Shown here: one piece after another, positions 20,437 through 30,347 of the stretch
Layout of the letters: each line of letters starts with the position of its first letter
Position numbering within the stretch: the stretch's first letter is position 1
Source: Tolypothrix carrinoi HA7290-LM1
GTDB taxonomy: Bacteria; Cyanobacteriota; Cyanobacteriia; Cyanobacteriales; Nostocaceae
Direction of reading: 5' to 3'
DNA: 64,000 nucleotides
NCBI GenBank assembly: GCA_019358935.1
Contig: JAHHIK010000025.1
Span: 15,717-79,716, forward strand
The notes under the pieces: model-generated
Database searches by the model: none
Seen by the model: only the letters and a program-made list of their open reading frames with translations
Told to the model about the DNA's origin: nothing
Position numbers and translations under genes: made by a program

Positions 20437-21372
20437 TCAAGATTGCACATTGGCTTGGGCAGCTTCTTTAGATTCCTTTGGTGGTTTCCCCTGAAAGCAC
20501 TGAGCAGAAGCGTTGAGCAATTCAAATCCGTCATCTGTATCTGGTCCCATTCCACCAGCGATCGCGATGACGAAGTAATGCATTGATTTGGCAGTGGTCA
20601 CGATTTTGTTCCAAGTCTTTTGCTTGACACTGAAACTGACGACGCGATTCTCGTAATGAATCTTAAAAAACTGCATTCCGTCCTTTGTTACTTCAGGGTT
20701 AGGAATTTGATTGATTTTGAGGGTGACTTCTAGCCTGGTAGCGCTGTTCATGGTAGTTTTCTTTTGTACGGTACTTTGTACCACATTACTAGCAACGGGA
20801 ACGAAGGTTGGGACAAAGTGCTGTTTCTTTGACTTGGGCTTTAACGGCGGTTTAATGACTTCAGCCAGTATTGCTGACAACCTTCCTTGCTCAAAGCGGC
20901 ACTCAAAATAACAGAAGTGATTCTGCCAACTAGGATCGACCTTGTTGTAGTAAATACGCACCGGAAACCCCTTCCACAAAAAGCTGTTCTCTTGCCCACT
21001 TGGTGGTTTTTCGTTGCGATAAACGAGCACTAGGCAAGAATCCTCCTCAACGTGTCGCACCACCCCAGACACATAGGCTGTTGCTGCTGGGCAATAGGAG
21101 GACGGGCGATTAAGGCGAACATAATAGTACGGAGGTTTTCGTGATGAGCGAGGGTAACAATTAAAGCACCTGATTTCTTCCTCTTTCCATTTGCCGATTG
21201 CGCGTAGCGCGATCGCTTGTTTATCCAAATAAGCAGGTAATATACTGCCGTCAGCCAGTACCAGGATTCCCTTTCCTAGGTTATCGGCACTGGGCAGATA
21301 CGAACCTTCTAAAAAGGCGATACATTGGAATTTGTCTTTGAGTGGCTGAAACTCGAACTCTAACCGGGACAT
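20437..21372 (-). CDS. Hypothetical protein; C-terminus resembles cyanobacterial 'fertility inhibition FinO-like' proteins
   Basis: 311-aa ORF; C-terminal LEVTLKINQIP..K.KTWNK..VIAIAG.MG....GF.L pattern recognised from memory, not searched. Confidence 0.6.
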   Translation of the reverse strand: MSRLEFEFQPLKDKFQCIAFLEGSYLPSADNLGKGILVLADGSILPAYLDKQAIALRAIGKWKEEEIRCFNCYPRSSRKPPYYYVRLNRPSSYCPAATAYVSGVVRHVEEDSCLVLVYRNEKPPSGQENSFLWKGFPVRIYYNKVDPSWQNHFCYFECRFEQGRLSAILAEVIKPPLKPKSKKQHFVPTFVPVASNVVQSTVQKKTTMNSATRLEVTLKINQIPNPEVTKDGMQFFKIHYENRVVSFSVKQKTWNKIVTTAKSMHYFVIAIAGGMGPDTDDGFELLNASAQCFQGKPPKESKEAAQANVQS

Positions 21373-21633
21373 TGCTGTATCATCTTACTGCTGTATCAAT
21401 GGTACAAATAATATCCTGATTATTTGAACGATCGGTCATGCCTAAGGCAATAAACTTATTTAACCTAAGACTGATTTACAAATAATTCTTATCTCAATGA
21501 GTTGGAAGGGCTTGGGTTTAAGCCCCTTTTAGATAAAGTCAATAATGCATTTCCTAAAATAGAGGATAAATTCTAACTTATATTCGTCTCGTAACTGAAA
21601 TTCCCAAACACTCTTGCTGAAAGCTCAAAATCC

Positions 21634-22515
21634 ATGACGAGAAAAATATTAACTGGACTGAAATCGCAAACCTATGAACACCCCTTCGATCGCAAAGCCT
21701 TGGCTTCTTTGAAAAGTATGCCTGGTGTCTCTCTGCTGCTCAAAAAAATTAACGAGTACGGCATTGACCGCTTACTTAGGCTGCAATGTCTTGGCAGTGA
21801 AATAAGAATCACACCCCGTAATTTTCCCCATTTGCATCAGTCACTTGTAGAAACTTGCCAAATTATTGATGTTGCTCTACTTCCTGAACTGTATCTGTTT
21901 CGAGGCACAGGTCACATTCAAACCTACATTGTTGGAGTGGAAAAACCGATTATCGGTATCAATATAGATGCAATGGAGTGGCTTAATGAGGATGAGTTGC
22001 TTTACATTTTGGGACACGAAGTCGCTCGCATCAAGAGTCAGCATATGGTTTATCACCAAATGGCAATTGTTATGCCAACTTTGAAAAATTTGTTGAGCAG
22101 TACGACATTAGGGGTCGGGGGCTTGGTAGCTGGTGGAATGGAACTGGCTTTGTATAATTGGCGAATGATGGCTAGGTTTACTGCCGATCGCGCTGGTTTG
22201 CTTGCTTGTCAGGATATTGAGGTGGCAACCACTGCACTGATGAAACTTGCGGGTTTGCCTTCGGAGTACTTGAGTGCTACTGTAATCGAAGAGTTCCTCG
22301 CCCAAGCTCGCGAGTTTGCATCCACTAGCTTTGATAGTGTGGATCAGGTAACAAAAATATTAAGCTATTCAGAAAACGGGCTTTCTTGGATAGTTATGCG
22401 GACTGGCGAATTATTGAAATGGGTAGATTCAGGTGAATATGATAATTTAATTCAAGAGAAAAGTGTAAAGACACCAGAAGAAATCGAAGGGTGGAATTTT
22501 TTGACTTCTTGGTGA
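21634..22515 (+). CDS. M48 family metallopeptidase-like protein
   Basis: YEHPFDR, ILGHEVARIKSQH (HExxH degenerate to HExxR), TADRAGLL. Confidence 0.8.
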   Translation: MTRKILTGLKSQTYEHPFDRKALASLKSMPGVSLLLKKINEYGIDRLLRLQCLGSEIRITPRNFPHLHQSLVETCQIIDVALLPELYLFRGTGHIQTYIVGVEKPIIGINIDAMEWLNEDELLYILGHEVARIKSQHMVYHQMAIVMPTLKNLLSSTTLGVGGLVAGGMELALYNWRMMARFTADRAGLLACQDIEVATTALMKLAGLPSEYLSATVIEEFLAQAREFASTSFDSVDQVTKILSYSENGLSWIVMRTGELLKWVDSGEYDNLIQEKSVKTPEEIEGWNFLTSW

Positions 22516-22575
22516 CTTCCTCTCTCGGCAAGCAACCTAATAAGGCTTAACTCCAAAGGTATGCAAAAAACGCTT

Positions 22576-22690
22576 ATACCAATTCTACGTGAGGTTGCGT
22601 TTGATTGCCCTCAGGCTGGAAGCCTGGGGCTACACAAACAAAGCCCACCTTCGTGGGCTAATTAGGCGCATCTTCATATAGAAACGGTAT
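22576..22690. mobile_element. MITE-like element with imperfect ~24-bp terminal inverted repeats
   Basis: ataccaattctacgtgaggttgcg ... cgcatcttcatatagaaacggtat; second family member at ~39284-39406. Confidence 0.65.
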
Positions 22691-22705
22691 TATCAAAGAT
22701 TTATT

Positions 22706-23347
22706 TTATAAATTAGAGCTTATTGTAACAGCTAATTTATCTGCAATACCGGCAATCCATTTTTCATCTTGTTTGGTATAACTGCGAGGAGCATTCGCTG
22801 CTAAAATCAAAACTCCTTGATTGCCGATTGGTTGACAAATTACACCTTGAGTGTTTTCTGGCAAATAATCAAATTCAACTTTTCCTGGGTATACTTTTAG
22901 AGCCACTAAATAAACTGCTTTTTGCGTTTCGAGTACTCGCTTTAAAATTGGTCCTGGTGTAACTGACGATTTCGTAGCGAGAATGCCGCGACGCAACAAA
23001 ACTTTACCTTGAAAGAAAACTATAAGCGATCGCGTGACTGTATTAGTCAACAATAAATGAGATGCCCAAGCTAATTCAGTTTTTACAGCTTCAGGTAAAT
23101 CGGGCGCAAGTATAAAACCTTCTTCGCCGATTAATTCTACAGTATCAGGCGATCGCGGCTGTACCTGCTGCCAAATTAAACCCGTTAAAATCAAAACCGC
23201 ACTCAAAATCACACCCAGCACATCCCCACGCGATTGAGACTGAGTTAGTTCTGGTGTCAACAAACGGTTAATCAACAAAAGTACAGCGCCTAATCCACCA
23301 ACAACGATGGGTAGACGCCGCAGAACTCGATTCGGATCGGTGGTCAT
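22706..23347 (-). CDS. Cofactor assembly of complex C subunit B (CCB2/CCB4 family)
   Basis: LLLINR..SQSRGDVLG; ELAWASHLLLTNT; LPENTQGVICQP; PRSYTKQDEKW. Confidence 0.85.
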   Translation of the reverse strand: MTTDPNRVLRRLPIVVGGLGAVLLLINRLLTPELTQSQSRGDVLGVILSAVLILTGLIWQQVQPRSPDTVELIGEEGFILAPDLPEAVKTELAWASHLLLTNTVTRSLIVFFQGKVLLRRGILATKSSVTPGPILKRVLETQKAVYLVALKVYPGKVEFDYLPENTQGVICQPIGNQGVLILAANAPRSYTKQDEKWIAGIADKLAVTISSNL

Positions 23348-23379
23348 TAGTCAAAAAGTCAAAAAGTCAAAATTTAGCT

Positions 23380-23475
23380 TCCTTGTCCCCCTTGTCCCCC
23401 CTGTCTCCCTTGTCCCCCTTGTCCCCCTTGTCCCCCTTGTCCCCCTTGTCCCCCCATCCCCCCATCCCCCCATCT
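23380..23475. repeat. Tandem CCCCTTGTC nonamer repeats
   Basis: direct inspection. Confidence 0.85.
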
Positions 23476-24203
23476 CACTCCTCTCCCGGTTCAATTATCC
23501 GTTGAAACAAATAACCAGTACCTCGTGCGGTGAGAATCAACTCTGGGTTACTGGGGTCATCTTCCAATTTTGCCCGCAAACGTGATATATGCACATCAAC
23601 CACACGAGTATCTACATGACGTTCTGGTGTATAACCCCACACTTCCTGTAAAATTTCTGAACGAGAAAAAGCTTCTCCAGAGCGGCTGACTAACAACTCT
23701 AGTAAGCTAAACTCCATACCTGTCAAGCGAATGCGCTCATCGCCTTTGTATACTTGTCGCTTGTTAGTATCGATTCTGATATTGGCAACATGTATCACCC
23801 CAGAACTGGGAATTCCCGAAGCACCTGTTTTGTCTACTCGTCGCAGCACTGAGCGAATGCGAGCTTCTAGTTCTTTGGGGGAAAATGGTTTAACTACATA
23901 GTCGTCTGCACCCAACTCTAAGCCGGTGATGCGATCGGCAACATCGCCCAAAGCTGTTAGCATAATAATGGGTACATCAGATTCTTTACGTAATTCTTGA
24001 CATACACCGTAGCCATCCAGCTTTGGCATCATCACATCCAAAACAACCAAGTCAGGTTCTGCTTTGCGAAAAGTATCCAAAGCTTCTTCACCGTCGCCTG
24101 CTGTCACCACATCGTAGCCAATCATCGAAAGGCGCGTTTCCAAAATTCGGCGAATACTAGCTTCATCGTCTACTACTAGAATTTTTTCTTTATGACTTTC
24201 CAA
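23475..24203 (-). CDS. rpaB: OmpR-family response regulator RpaB (Ycf27)
   Basis: ILVVDDEASIRRILETRLSMIGY; TPERHVDTRVVDVHISRLR; LILTARGTGY. Confidence 0.95.
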   Translation of the reverse strand: MESHKEKILVVDDEASIRRILETRLSMIGYDVVTAGDGEEALDTFRKAEPDLVVLDVMMPKLDGYGVCQELRKESDVPIIMLTALGDVADRITGLELGADDYVVKPFSPKELEARIRSVLRRVDKTGASGIPSSGVIHVANIRIDTNKRQVYKGDERIRLTGMEFSLLELLVSRSGEAFSRSEILQEVWGYTPERHVDTRVVDVHISRLRAKLEDDPSNPELILTARGTGYLFQRIIEPGEE

Positions 24204-24371
24204 GTTTCTCGACGCTCCTTAACTAAAATTTTTCAGATTAATTTTTAATACCATAATATTAAGATATCATTCTATGAATTCATTGGGAAAAAGCTGTAAC
24301 TACTACTTTTCTGGGACTTTAATCGGGTAAAAAATTAATAAATAATTAAGATTAATTAATAATATATAAGA

Positions 24372-25904
24372 ATGCCTAAGCCAAAAACCTTTTTTGTTTG
24401 TAACGAATGTGGGTCAGAATCACCTCAGTGGTTTGGTAAGTGTCCAGCTTGCGGTACTTACAACTCTTTGGAGGAGGAGATTATTAAACAATCTTCGGTG
24501 GATGTACCCAGTCGTGGGGGAGTCAGTGGTTGGCAAGCCAGTCAGAACAATGGTAAGTCTGGTGTTAAAACACCAAAAGCACGAGCATCTTTAACTTTTA
24601 ACCAAATTAGCGATCGCCAAGTAACGCGCTGGGAATCCGGTTACGGAGAACTAGATCGAGTGCTTGGTGGTGGTGTAGTTCCCGGTTCGATGGTGTTAAT
24701 TGGCGGCGATCCGGGCATCGGTAAATCTACGCTATTGCTGCAAGTATCAAATGCTTTAGCGCAGAGATATCGCATTCTCTACATTTCTGGGGAAGAATCA
24801 GGACAGCAGATTAAATTAAGAGCTTCTCGCTTAGGTGTATCAAAAGAATTAGGTGAAGTTGTAGATGAAAATGGCAAAGTCGTAGAAGAAGCACCACAAC
24901 CAAAAAACTCAGAAAGTATCGGTGCTGATTTATATGTTTTGCCAGAAACAGATTTAGAAGAAATTTTGCGGGAGATAGACTCGCTAAAACCAAATTTAGC
25001 AGTAATTGATAGTATTCAAACAATATTTTTTCCAGCGCTAACTTCCGCACCAGGTTCAGTAGCGCAAGTACGGGAATGTACTGCCGCATTGATGAAAGTG
25101 GCGAAACACGAAGATATTACCATGTTAATTGTGGGACACGTCACCAAAGAAGGAGCGATCGCAGGTCCAAAAGTATTAGAACACTTAGTAGATACAGTAT
25201 TGTACTTTGAAGGCGATCGCTTTGCCTCCCATCGATTGTTAAGAACAGTCAAAAACCGCTTTGGTGCAACTCACGAAATCGGCATCTTTGAAATGGTGTC
25301 ACACGGACTGCGGGAAGTCCCCAACCCCTCAGAATTATTTTTAGGTAATCGCGACGATCCAGCACCTGGTACAGCAATTGTCGTTGCTTGCGAAGGAACT
25401 CGCCCAATTGTGGTAGAATTACAAGCTTTGGTAAGTCCTACTAGCTATTCTTCACCGCGTCGTTCCACCACCGGCATAGATTACAATCGCTTAGTACAAA
25501 TACTTGCGGTGTTAGAAAAACGGGTGGGGATTCCCATGTCGAAGTTGGATTCTTACGTCGCTTCTGCGGGTGGGTTGAATGTGGAAGAACCGGCGGTAGA
25601 TTTGGGAGTAGCGATCGCTATTGTTGCCAGTTTCCGCGATCGCATAGTCGATCCGGGTACAGTGTTGATTGGAGAAGTGGGTTTAGGGGGACAAGTGCGA
25701 TCGGTTTCGCAAATGGAACTGCGTTTAAAAGAAGCTGCTAAATTGGGGTTTAAAAGAGCGATCGTTCCCAAAGGACAAAAATTTCCCGATTTAAATATTG
25801 AGATTTTACCAGTTGCCAAAGTAATAGATGCAATTATTGCCGCCATTCCCCAACAAGGGCTGACAGAAGAAGATTTGATGCCAGACGAGGATGAGGAGGA
25901 TTGA
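24372..25904 (+). CDS. radA: DNA repair protein RadA/Sms
   Basis: CNECG..CPAC zinc finger, GDPGIGKST, KNRFG, Lon-like C-terminus. Confidence 0.97.
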   Translation: MPKPKTFFVCNECGSESPQWFGKCPACGTYNSLEEEIIKQSSVDVPSRGGVSGWQASQNNGKSGVKTPKARASLTFNQISDRQVTRWESGYGELDRVLGGGVVPGSMVLIGGDPGIGKSTLLLQVSNALAQRYRILYISGEESGQQIKLRASRLGVSKELGEVVDENGKVVEEAPQPKNSESIGADLYVLPETDLEEILREIDSLKPNLAVIDSIQTIFFPALTSAPGSVAQVRECTAALMKVAKHEDITMLIVGHVTKEGAIAGPKVLEHLVDTVLYFEGDRFASHRLLRTVKNRFGATHEIGIFEMVSHGLREVPNPSELFLGNRDDPAPGTAIVVACEGTRPIVVELQALVSPTSYSSPRRSTTGIDYNRLVQILAVLEKRVGIPMSKLDSYVASAGGLNVEEPAVDLGVAIAIVASFRDRIVDPGTVLIGEVGLGGQVRSVSQMELRLKEAAKLGFKRAIVPKGQKFPDLNIEILPVAKVIDAIIAAIPQQGLTEEDLMPDEDEED

Positions 25905-26088
25905 CCTCTCCCCAACCCCTCCCCTGGCAGGGGAGGGGCTTTTACTGGTTGCCACAAGCGAGGTGGGAATGCATTGTGGCAGGCTCTGCCTTTTTCTAAA
26001 TGAGGTGTGAGCCTGATTGTAAAATTGATAACACCCAATCCCCACTTTGAAATATTCAACACTTGTTGGGTGCGATCGCTTTTAATTT

Positions 26089-26293
26089 AACGTGAGTTCG
26101 ATGAACCTCTCCCCAACCCCTCTCCGATGCGGAGAGGGGCAGACATCTTCCTAGTTTTGAACGCAAAAATCAAGGTTTCAAAGGCTCTCCAGTAATAAAA
26201 GCTGCTCCTCTTCCCTCCCCTTGTAGGGGAGGGTTAGGGAGAGGTGGGGGAGAGGTTTGGAGAGGGGTTTTTTACATTCGTCGAACTCACGTT
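26089..26293. mobile_element. MITE with AACGTGAGTTCG terminal inverted repeats and target duplication
   Basis: aacgtgagttcgatgaa ... ttcgtcgaactcacgtt; flanks read as AATTT x2 (or TTAATTTAA x2 if ends are drawn 2 bp inward); interior filled with cctctcccc/ggagagggg hairpins. Confidence 0.8.
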
Positions 26294-26377
26294 AATTTAA
26301 TACATCAAACTAGAGATAATCAAATTGACACAGCGATACGCGGTATGGCTGTTAAATTATCATTTGGTTAAAAAACT

Positions 26378-27271
26378 ATGCTTTTGCGCCGTTTTCTGCT
26401 ATTACAGATAGTGCTAATTCTGCTACTTACGGTAGGATGTAGTTTAGAACAAGAAACTTTCATTCCCAAAAAACTGACCATTGGCGTGGTCAGCTATGAA
26501 CAAGGAACGGTTTCTCTAGATAAGTACAATCGCTTCAAAGAGTACATAGCACAACAAACTCATTCACTTGTAGAGCTAGAACCTACATACAACGAATTGC
26601 AGGCAATTGAGCAAATTCAACGCAAACAGTGGGATATTGTATTTGCCCCTCCCGGTTTAGTAGCGATCGCAATCAACAAAGAACTTTACATTCCTTTATT
26701 TTCAATGGGGGGAGTCAGTAGCCGACAACGTTCCTTACTCGTAGTCTTAGATAATAAACCAATTAAAAAGATAGCCGACTTAGCTTATAAGACCATTGCC
26801 TTAGGACAAAAAGGTTCCGCAGCTGGTTACTACGTTCCTTTGTATGACCTTTATGGTTTAACCCTCGCGCAAATCCGTTTTGCCCCTACTCCGAAAACAA
26901 TATTACAATGGCTTAGTGAAGACAGCGTTGATGCTGGTGCTTTATCAGAAATGGATTTCGAGCTTTATCGCCGTGAATTTCCCACAATAAAATTTAGAAT
27001 TTTACACACAAGTAGGTGGATTCCTTCAGGTGTTGTGCTGTTAGGATCAACTGTAGAACGTAATTTACAACACCAAATTCAAAAAGCGATGAGTGAAGCA
27101 CCAGCAGATATTACAGCAGATGCTGGTTATGTTCCTACTGCTAAAATACCTAACTACCAGCAGTTCATTAAATTAGTTGAAAAAGTTATACCACTCGAAG
27201 AGCGAGTCAAGCAAACACCCGCAGTTCTACGTCTTGAAGAACAATCTGAAAAATCAAAGGTTAGTCAGTAA
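26378..27271 (+). CDS. Phosphate/phosphonate-type periplasmic binding protein-like lipoprotein (no ABC partners adjacent)
   Basis: lipobox-like TVGC; DIVFAPP, IALGQKGSAAGYYVP, VDAGALS. Confidence 0.8.
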   Translation: MLLRRFLLLQIVLILLLTVGCSLEQETFIPKKLTIGVVSYEQGTVSLDKYNRFKEYIAQQTHSLVELEPTYNELQAIEQIQRKQWDIVFAPPGLVAIAINKELYIPLFSMGGVSSRQRSLLVVLDNKPIKKIADLAYKTIALGQKGSAAGYYVPLYDLYGLTLAQIRFAPTPKTILQWLSEDSVDAGALSEMDFELYRREFPTIKFRILHTSRWIPSGVVLLGSTVERNLQHQIQKAMSEAPADITADAGYVPTAKIPNYQQFIKLVEKVIPLEERVKQTPAVLRLEEQSEKSKVSQ

Positions 27272-27743
27272 TCAAGTCAACTAATTGAGCGTCATAAAAA
27301 TTAACAATTTATTTGCATTTTTTCTCAAAATTATTTTGATAAATATTTAGTAGGAAGATATGAATAAACAACTTTATGTCAATAAAAATTAATATATTTA
27401 AATAGTCTTTCCTTTTGCCTTACTTCAACGGGTCGCACCCTTTCCGCGCATCGACAAAGAGCGCACTTAGGAACGGTTTTCTCTCTGGGGACTGGGGACT
27501 GGGGAAGAAATTATGAGTAAGATTTGGTTGGGGTAACGAACATGACCCAACGGGAGAGCCAGTCCCCCATCGATCGCTCGCTTACCGCCTTCTGGTGCGT
27601 CGGCTTCCGCCAACGCTTTTAGCGTCTCCCCGAACCCTTGAAGACGGGGGCTGGTCTCACCGCGCTGGACTCACCAATCCCCAGTTCAACAACAAATATT
27701 TATATATATCTATTTTCCCAAAAATCGCTAGGAGTGTGATGAG

Positions 27744-29045
27744 ATGACATCTCCTTTAACAAAACCAGAAATAAGTTCTGGAACTTTAATTGATAACCGC
27801 TATACGATCCAAAAACTTCTTGGACAAGGGGGATTAGGGCGAACGTACTTAGCGTTTGATACTCGTCGCTTTAACGAACCTTGTGTGCTGAAAGAATTTG
27901 CACCCATTGGTACAGGAGAGAGTGGGCTAGAAAAATGTCGCGATTTATTCAAAAAAGAGGCAAAAATTCTTCATCAGCTACAACACCCTCAAATTCCTAA
28001 ATTCTTGGCTTGTTTTGAAGGAGATGGGCGGCTGTTTTTGGTACAAGAATATATTGATGGTCAAACATATTCAAACCTGCTGCAAAAACTTCAACAACAG
28101 GGACAAAATTTTTCCCAATCCGAGGTTATAAACTGGTTAAAAAACCTATTGCTTGTTTTGGAATATATTCACGAACATAACATTATCCATCGAGATATTT
28201 CTCCTGACAACGTTATGTTACCTGACAACAAAAATCTGCCAGTGCTGATTGATTTCGGCGTAGGAAAGCAAATTGCTGCGGAACTGAACGATACTAGAAA
28301 TTCAGACCAGGCGACCTTTGTTGGTAAAATGTCTCTTGTAGGAAAAGTCGGATATGCTCCCCGCGAACAAATTAGCTTGGGGTTGTGTTCTCCCAGTAGC
28401 GACCTTTATGCTTTGGGAGTAACAGCTGTTGTACTGCTAACAGGTCGAGATCCATCTCTACTAATGGATCGGTATTCTCTAGAATGGAAATGGCGTCTCT
28501 ACAGCCACGTCAGCGATGCTTTTGCTCAAGTACTTGATAAGATGTTGGCAGATACGCCTCAGAAGCGATACCAAACAGCAAAGGAAGTTCTCACCGATTT
28601 GCAGTGTTTGGAACCTGAAGAGTTACAAGGAACAATGAATAATTTACCTTCTGCGGAATTTGTTACTGAACTTTACTCTTCTGAGTTAAAAACCCCAGAT
28701 ACCGTCAGCCAATTAGAAGTAAATTTTGATATGCCTAAACTTCACTCTTCTGAGTTAAAAACCCCGGATACCATCGACCAATCAGCAGTAAATTTTGATA
28801 GTTTGCTTATTACTCCAAAAAATTCCCAAACTCAACCAGTAAATTCATTCAAACATGGATTCATTATGCGTTGTCAGGAACAGCTAGCTTACCACATCGG
28901 ACCAATAGCAAGTTTGATTATAGAAGAGACATTAGCTGAAAATCCTGACATTTTGCCCGATGAATTTGTTAAATTGTTGGCTAGAGAAATTCCTGATTTG
29001 CAAGTAGCATTTGAATTTAAACAATCCTTTTTTTTGGATTATTAA
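27744..29045 (+). CDS. Ser/Thr protein kinase with C-terminal helical domain
   Basis: LGQGGLGRTY, HRDISPDN, DFG, GYAPREQ; C-terminal CQEQLAYHIGPIASLII. Confidence 0.9.
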   Translation: MTSPLTKPEISSGTLIDNRYTIQKLLGQGGLGRTYLAFDTRRFNEPCVLKEFAPIGTGESGLEKCRDLFKKEAKILHQLQHPQIPKFLACFEGDGRLFLVQEYIDGQTYSNLLQKLQQQGQNFSQSEVINWLKNLLLVLEYIHEHNIIHRDISPDNVMLPDNKNLPVLIDFGVGKQIAAELNDTRNSDQATFVGKMSLVGKVGYAPREQISLGLCSPSSDLYALGVTAVVLLTGRDPSLLMDRYSLEWKWRLYSHVSDAFAQVLDKMLADTPQKRYQTAKEVLTDLQCLEPEELQGTMNNLPSAEFVTELYSSELKTPDTVSQLEVNFDMPKLHSSELKTPDTIDQSAVNFDSLLITPKNSQTQPVNSFKHGFIMRCQEQLAYHIGPIASLIIEETLAENPDILPDEFVKLLAREIPDLQVAFEFKQSFFLDY

Positions 29046-29103
29046 TAATCAATTCCCAAAGAGCTAATACACTACAATTCAGAAATTATTTCGAGTTGCT
29101 ATA

Positions 29104-30012
29104 TTAACTACCTGTATTTTCCGAACGACGTTTAATTCTTTTCATTGCCATTTCCAAACTTAACTGCATCCGTCTGAATGCTCTGGCAAGTTGACCGATT
29201 TCATCATTAGATAATTGCTCAAATTCTACATCCATATGCCCCGTACTGACTTCTTCCGCTACGCGAGTTATCCGTTTGAGAGGACGAACAACTTTTTTAT
29301 TCAAAAAGAGGTTGACTAAAAAGATAACAGCAATAAAAACAGTTGATATAATTACGAGAATGACAAAAGAAGATTGATTAGCTTTGCTAATTACTTTACT
29401 TGCTGGTATTGAGATAATTTGAGAGCCAATAATTTCATTCAGATGCCAGCCAAATCCATTAGCTGTGCCATAACGCTCAATCATACTTTTAGGTGCAATA
29501 TCCGCGCTAGTATGACACTTGAGGCAGCTTTCTTCAGTAATCGTCAGCGGACGAGCCATATAGAAGATATCCCCACCTGGCATTGAGCGAAATCCGCTTA
29601 ATTGTTTGAGATCGCGTTTATTTTTGAAATTGTTTATAATTTTAGTTTCAAAATTATCAGCTTTATCTCGAAGATTAGTGGGATTAAGCGTGGCTTCTTT
29701 ATAGAAAAAGTCCCTGTACTTCGGATTTATTCGCAGATGATCAAAAATTTCTCGTGCAGAGTACGCAGGCACACTTTGCGGCAAAAACTCTATTTCTAGT
29801 TGATTTTCCAAAAGTGGCTTAACTTGAGTATTAGTGTACTCACGTACAGAAGTCATCGTTTCCATAAGCATGAGAGCGGTTGAAGTAATATCATGCCTCG
29901 CATTCTGCTTCAGCACAGAAGACAGAGCAAATCCACTTAAACTCAGACCTAATGCAAGAATTACAATAAGCAGAACTGTAAATTGTTGTTTCAAATTGAG
30001 ATTTTTTAACAT
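29104..30012 (-). CDS. Membrane c-type heme sensor (DUF3365/Tll0287-like) + HAMP, without output domain
   Basis: two TMs; YKEATLNPTN..DKAD, ARPL, CLKCH heme motif; HAMP VVRPL..DEIGQLARAF. Confidence 0.85.
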   Translation of the reverse strand: MLKNLNLKQQFTVLLIVILALGLSLSGFALSSVLKQNARHDITSTALMLMETMTSVREYTNTQVKPLLENQLEIEFLPQSVPAYSAREIFDHLRINPKYRDFFYKEATLNPTNLRDKADNFETKIINNFKNKRDLKQLSGFRSMPGGDIFYMARPLTITEESCLKCHTSADIAPKSMIERYGTANGFGWHLNEIIGSQIISIPASKVISKANQSSFVILVIISTVFIAVIFLVNLFLNKKVVRPLKRITRVAEEVSTGHMDVEFEQLSNDEIGQLARAFRRMQLSLEMAMKRIKRRSENTGS

Positions 30013-30347
30013 GATTCTGGCTCACTTGCAATTTAAATTTCTCTTACCAAAGGTGGTTGAAGTTACAGTCCGTTACATCTTACTTTTGTAGTAATTTATG
30101 TAGCTACAAAAGCGAAATGCAGGATTCCGGACTATGCCTCGATAAGTCGCTAACTAAGATTGGGGGAAAAGTTAATATAATTTAAGATTTTGGATGTGTG
30201 GATTTTCCACTCTAAAATCCTTATCTTCAAAGAGATTGAATAATTTAAGTATTGTAAGCCGAAAGTGAAATGGTATCAAAAAAGTGAAAAATTATCTACC
30301 CTTCTACCCTACGATATATTGCAAAAATAAATAGCAGCATTTGGTAA

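Noticed and set aside
25553..26062. 169-aa antisense ORF over radA and other long antisense ORFs in infB, carB and the hemagglutinin gene
   Set aside because: Shadow frames of well-supported genes.
30062..30079. HLR1-like GTTACAGT-CC-GTTACATC upstream of the heme-HAMP gene
   Set aside because: One mismatch in each half-site; too weak to call without binding data.
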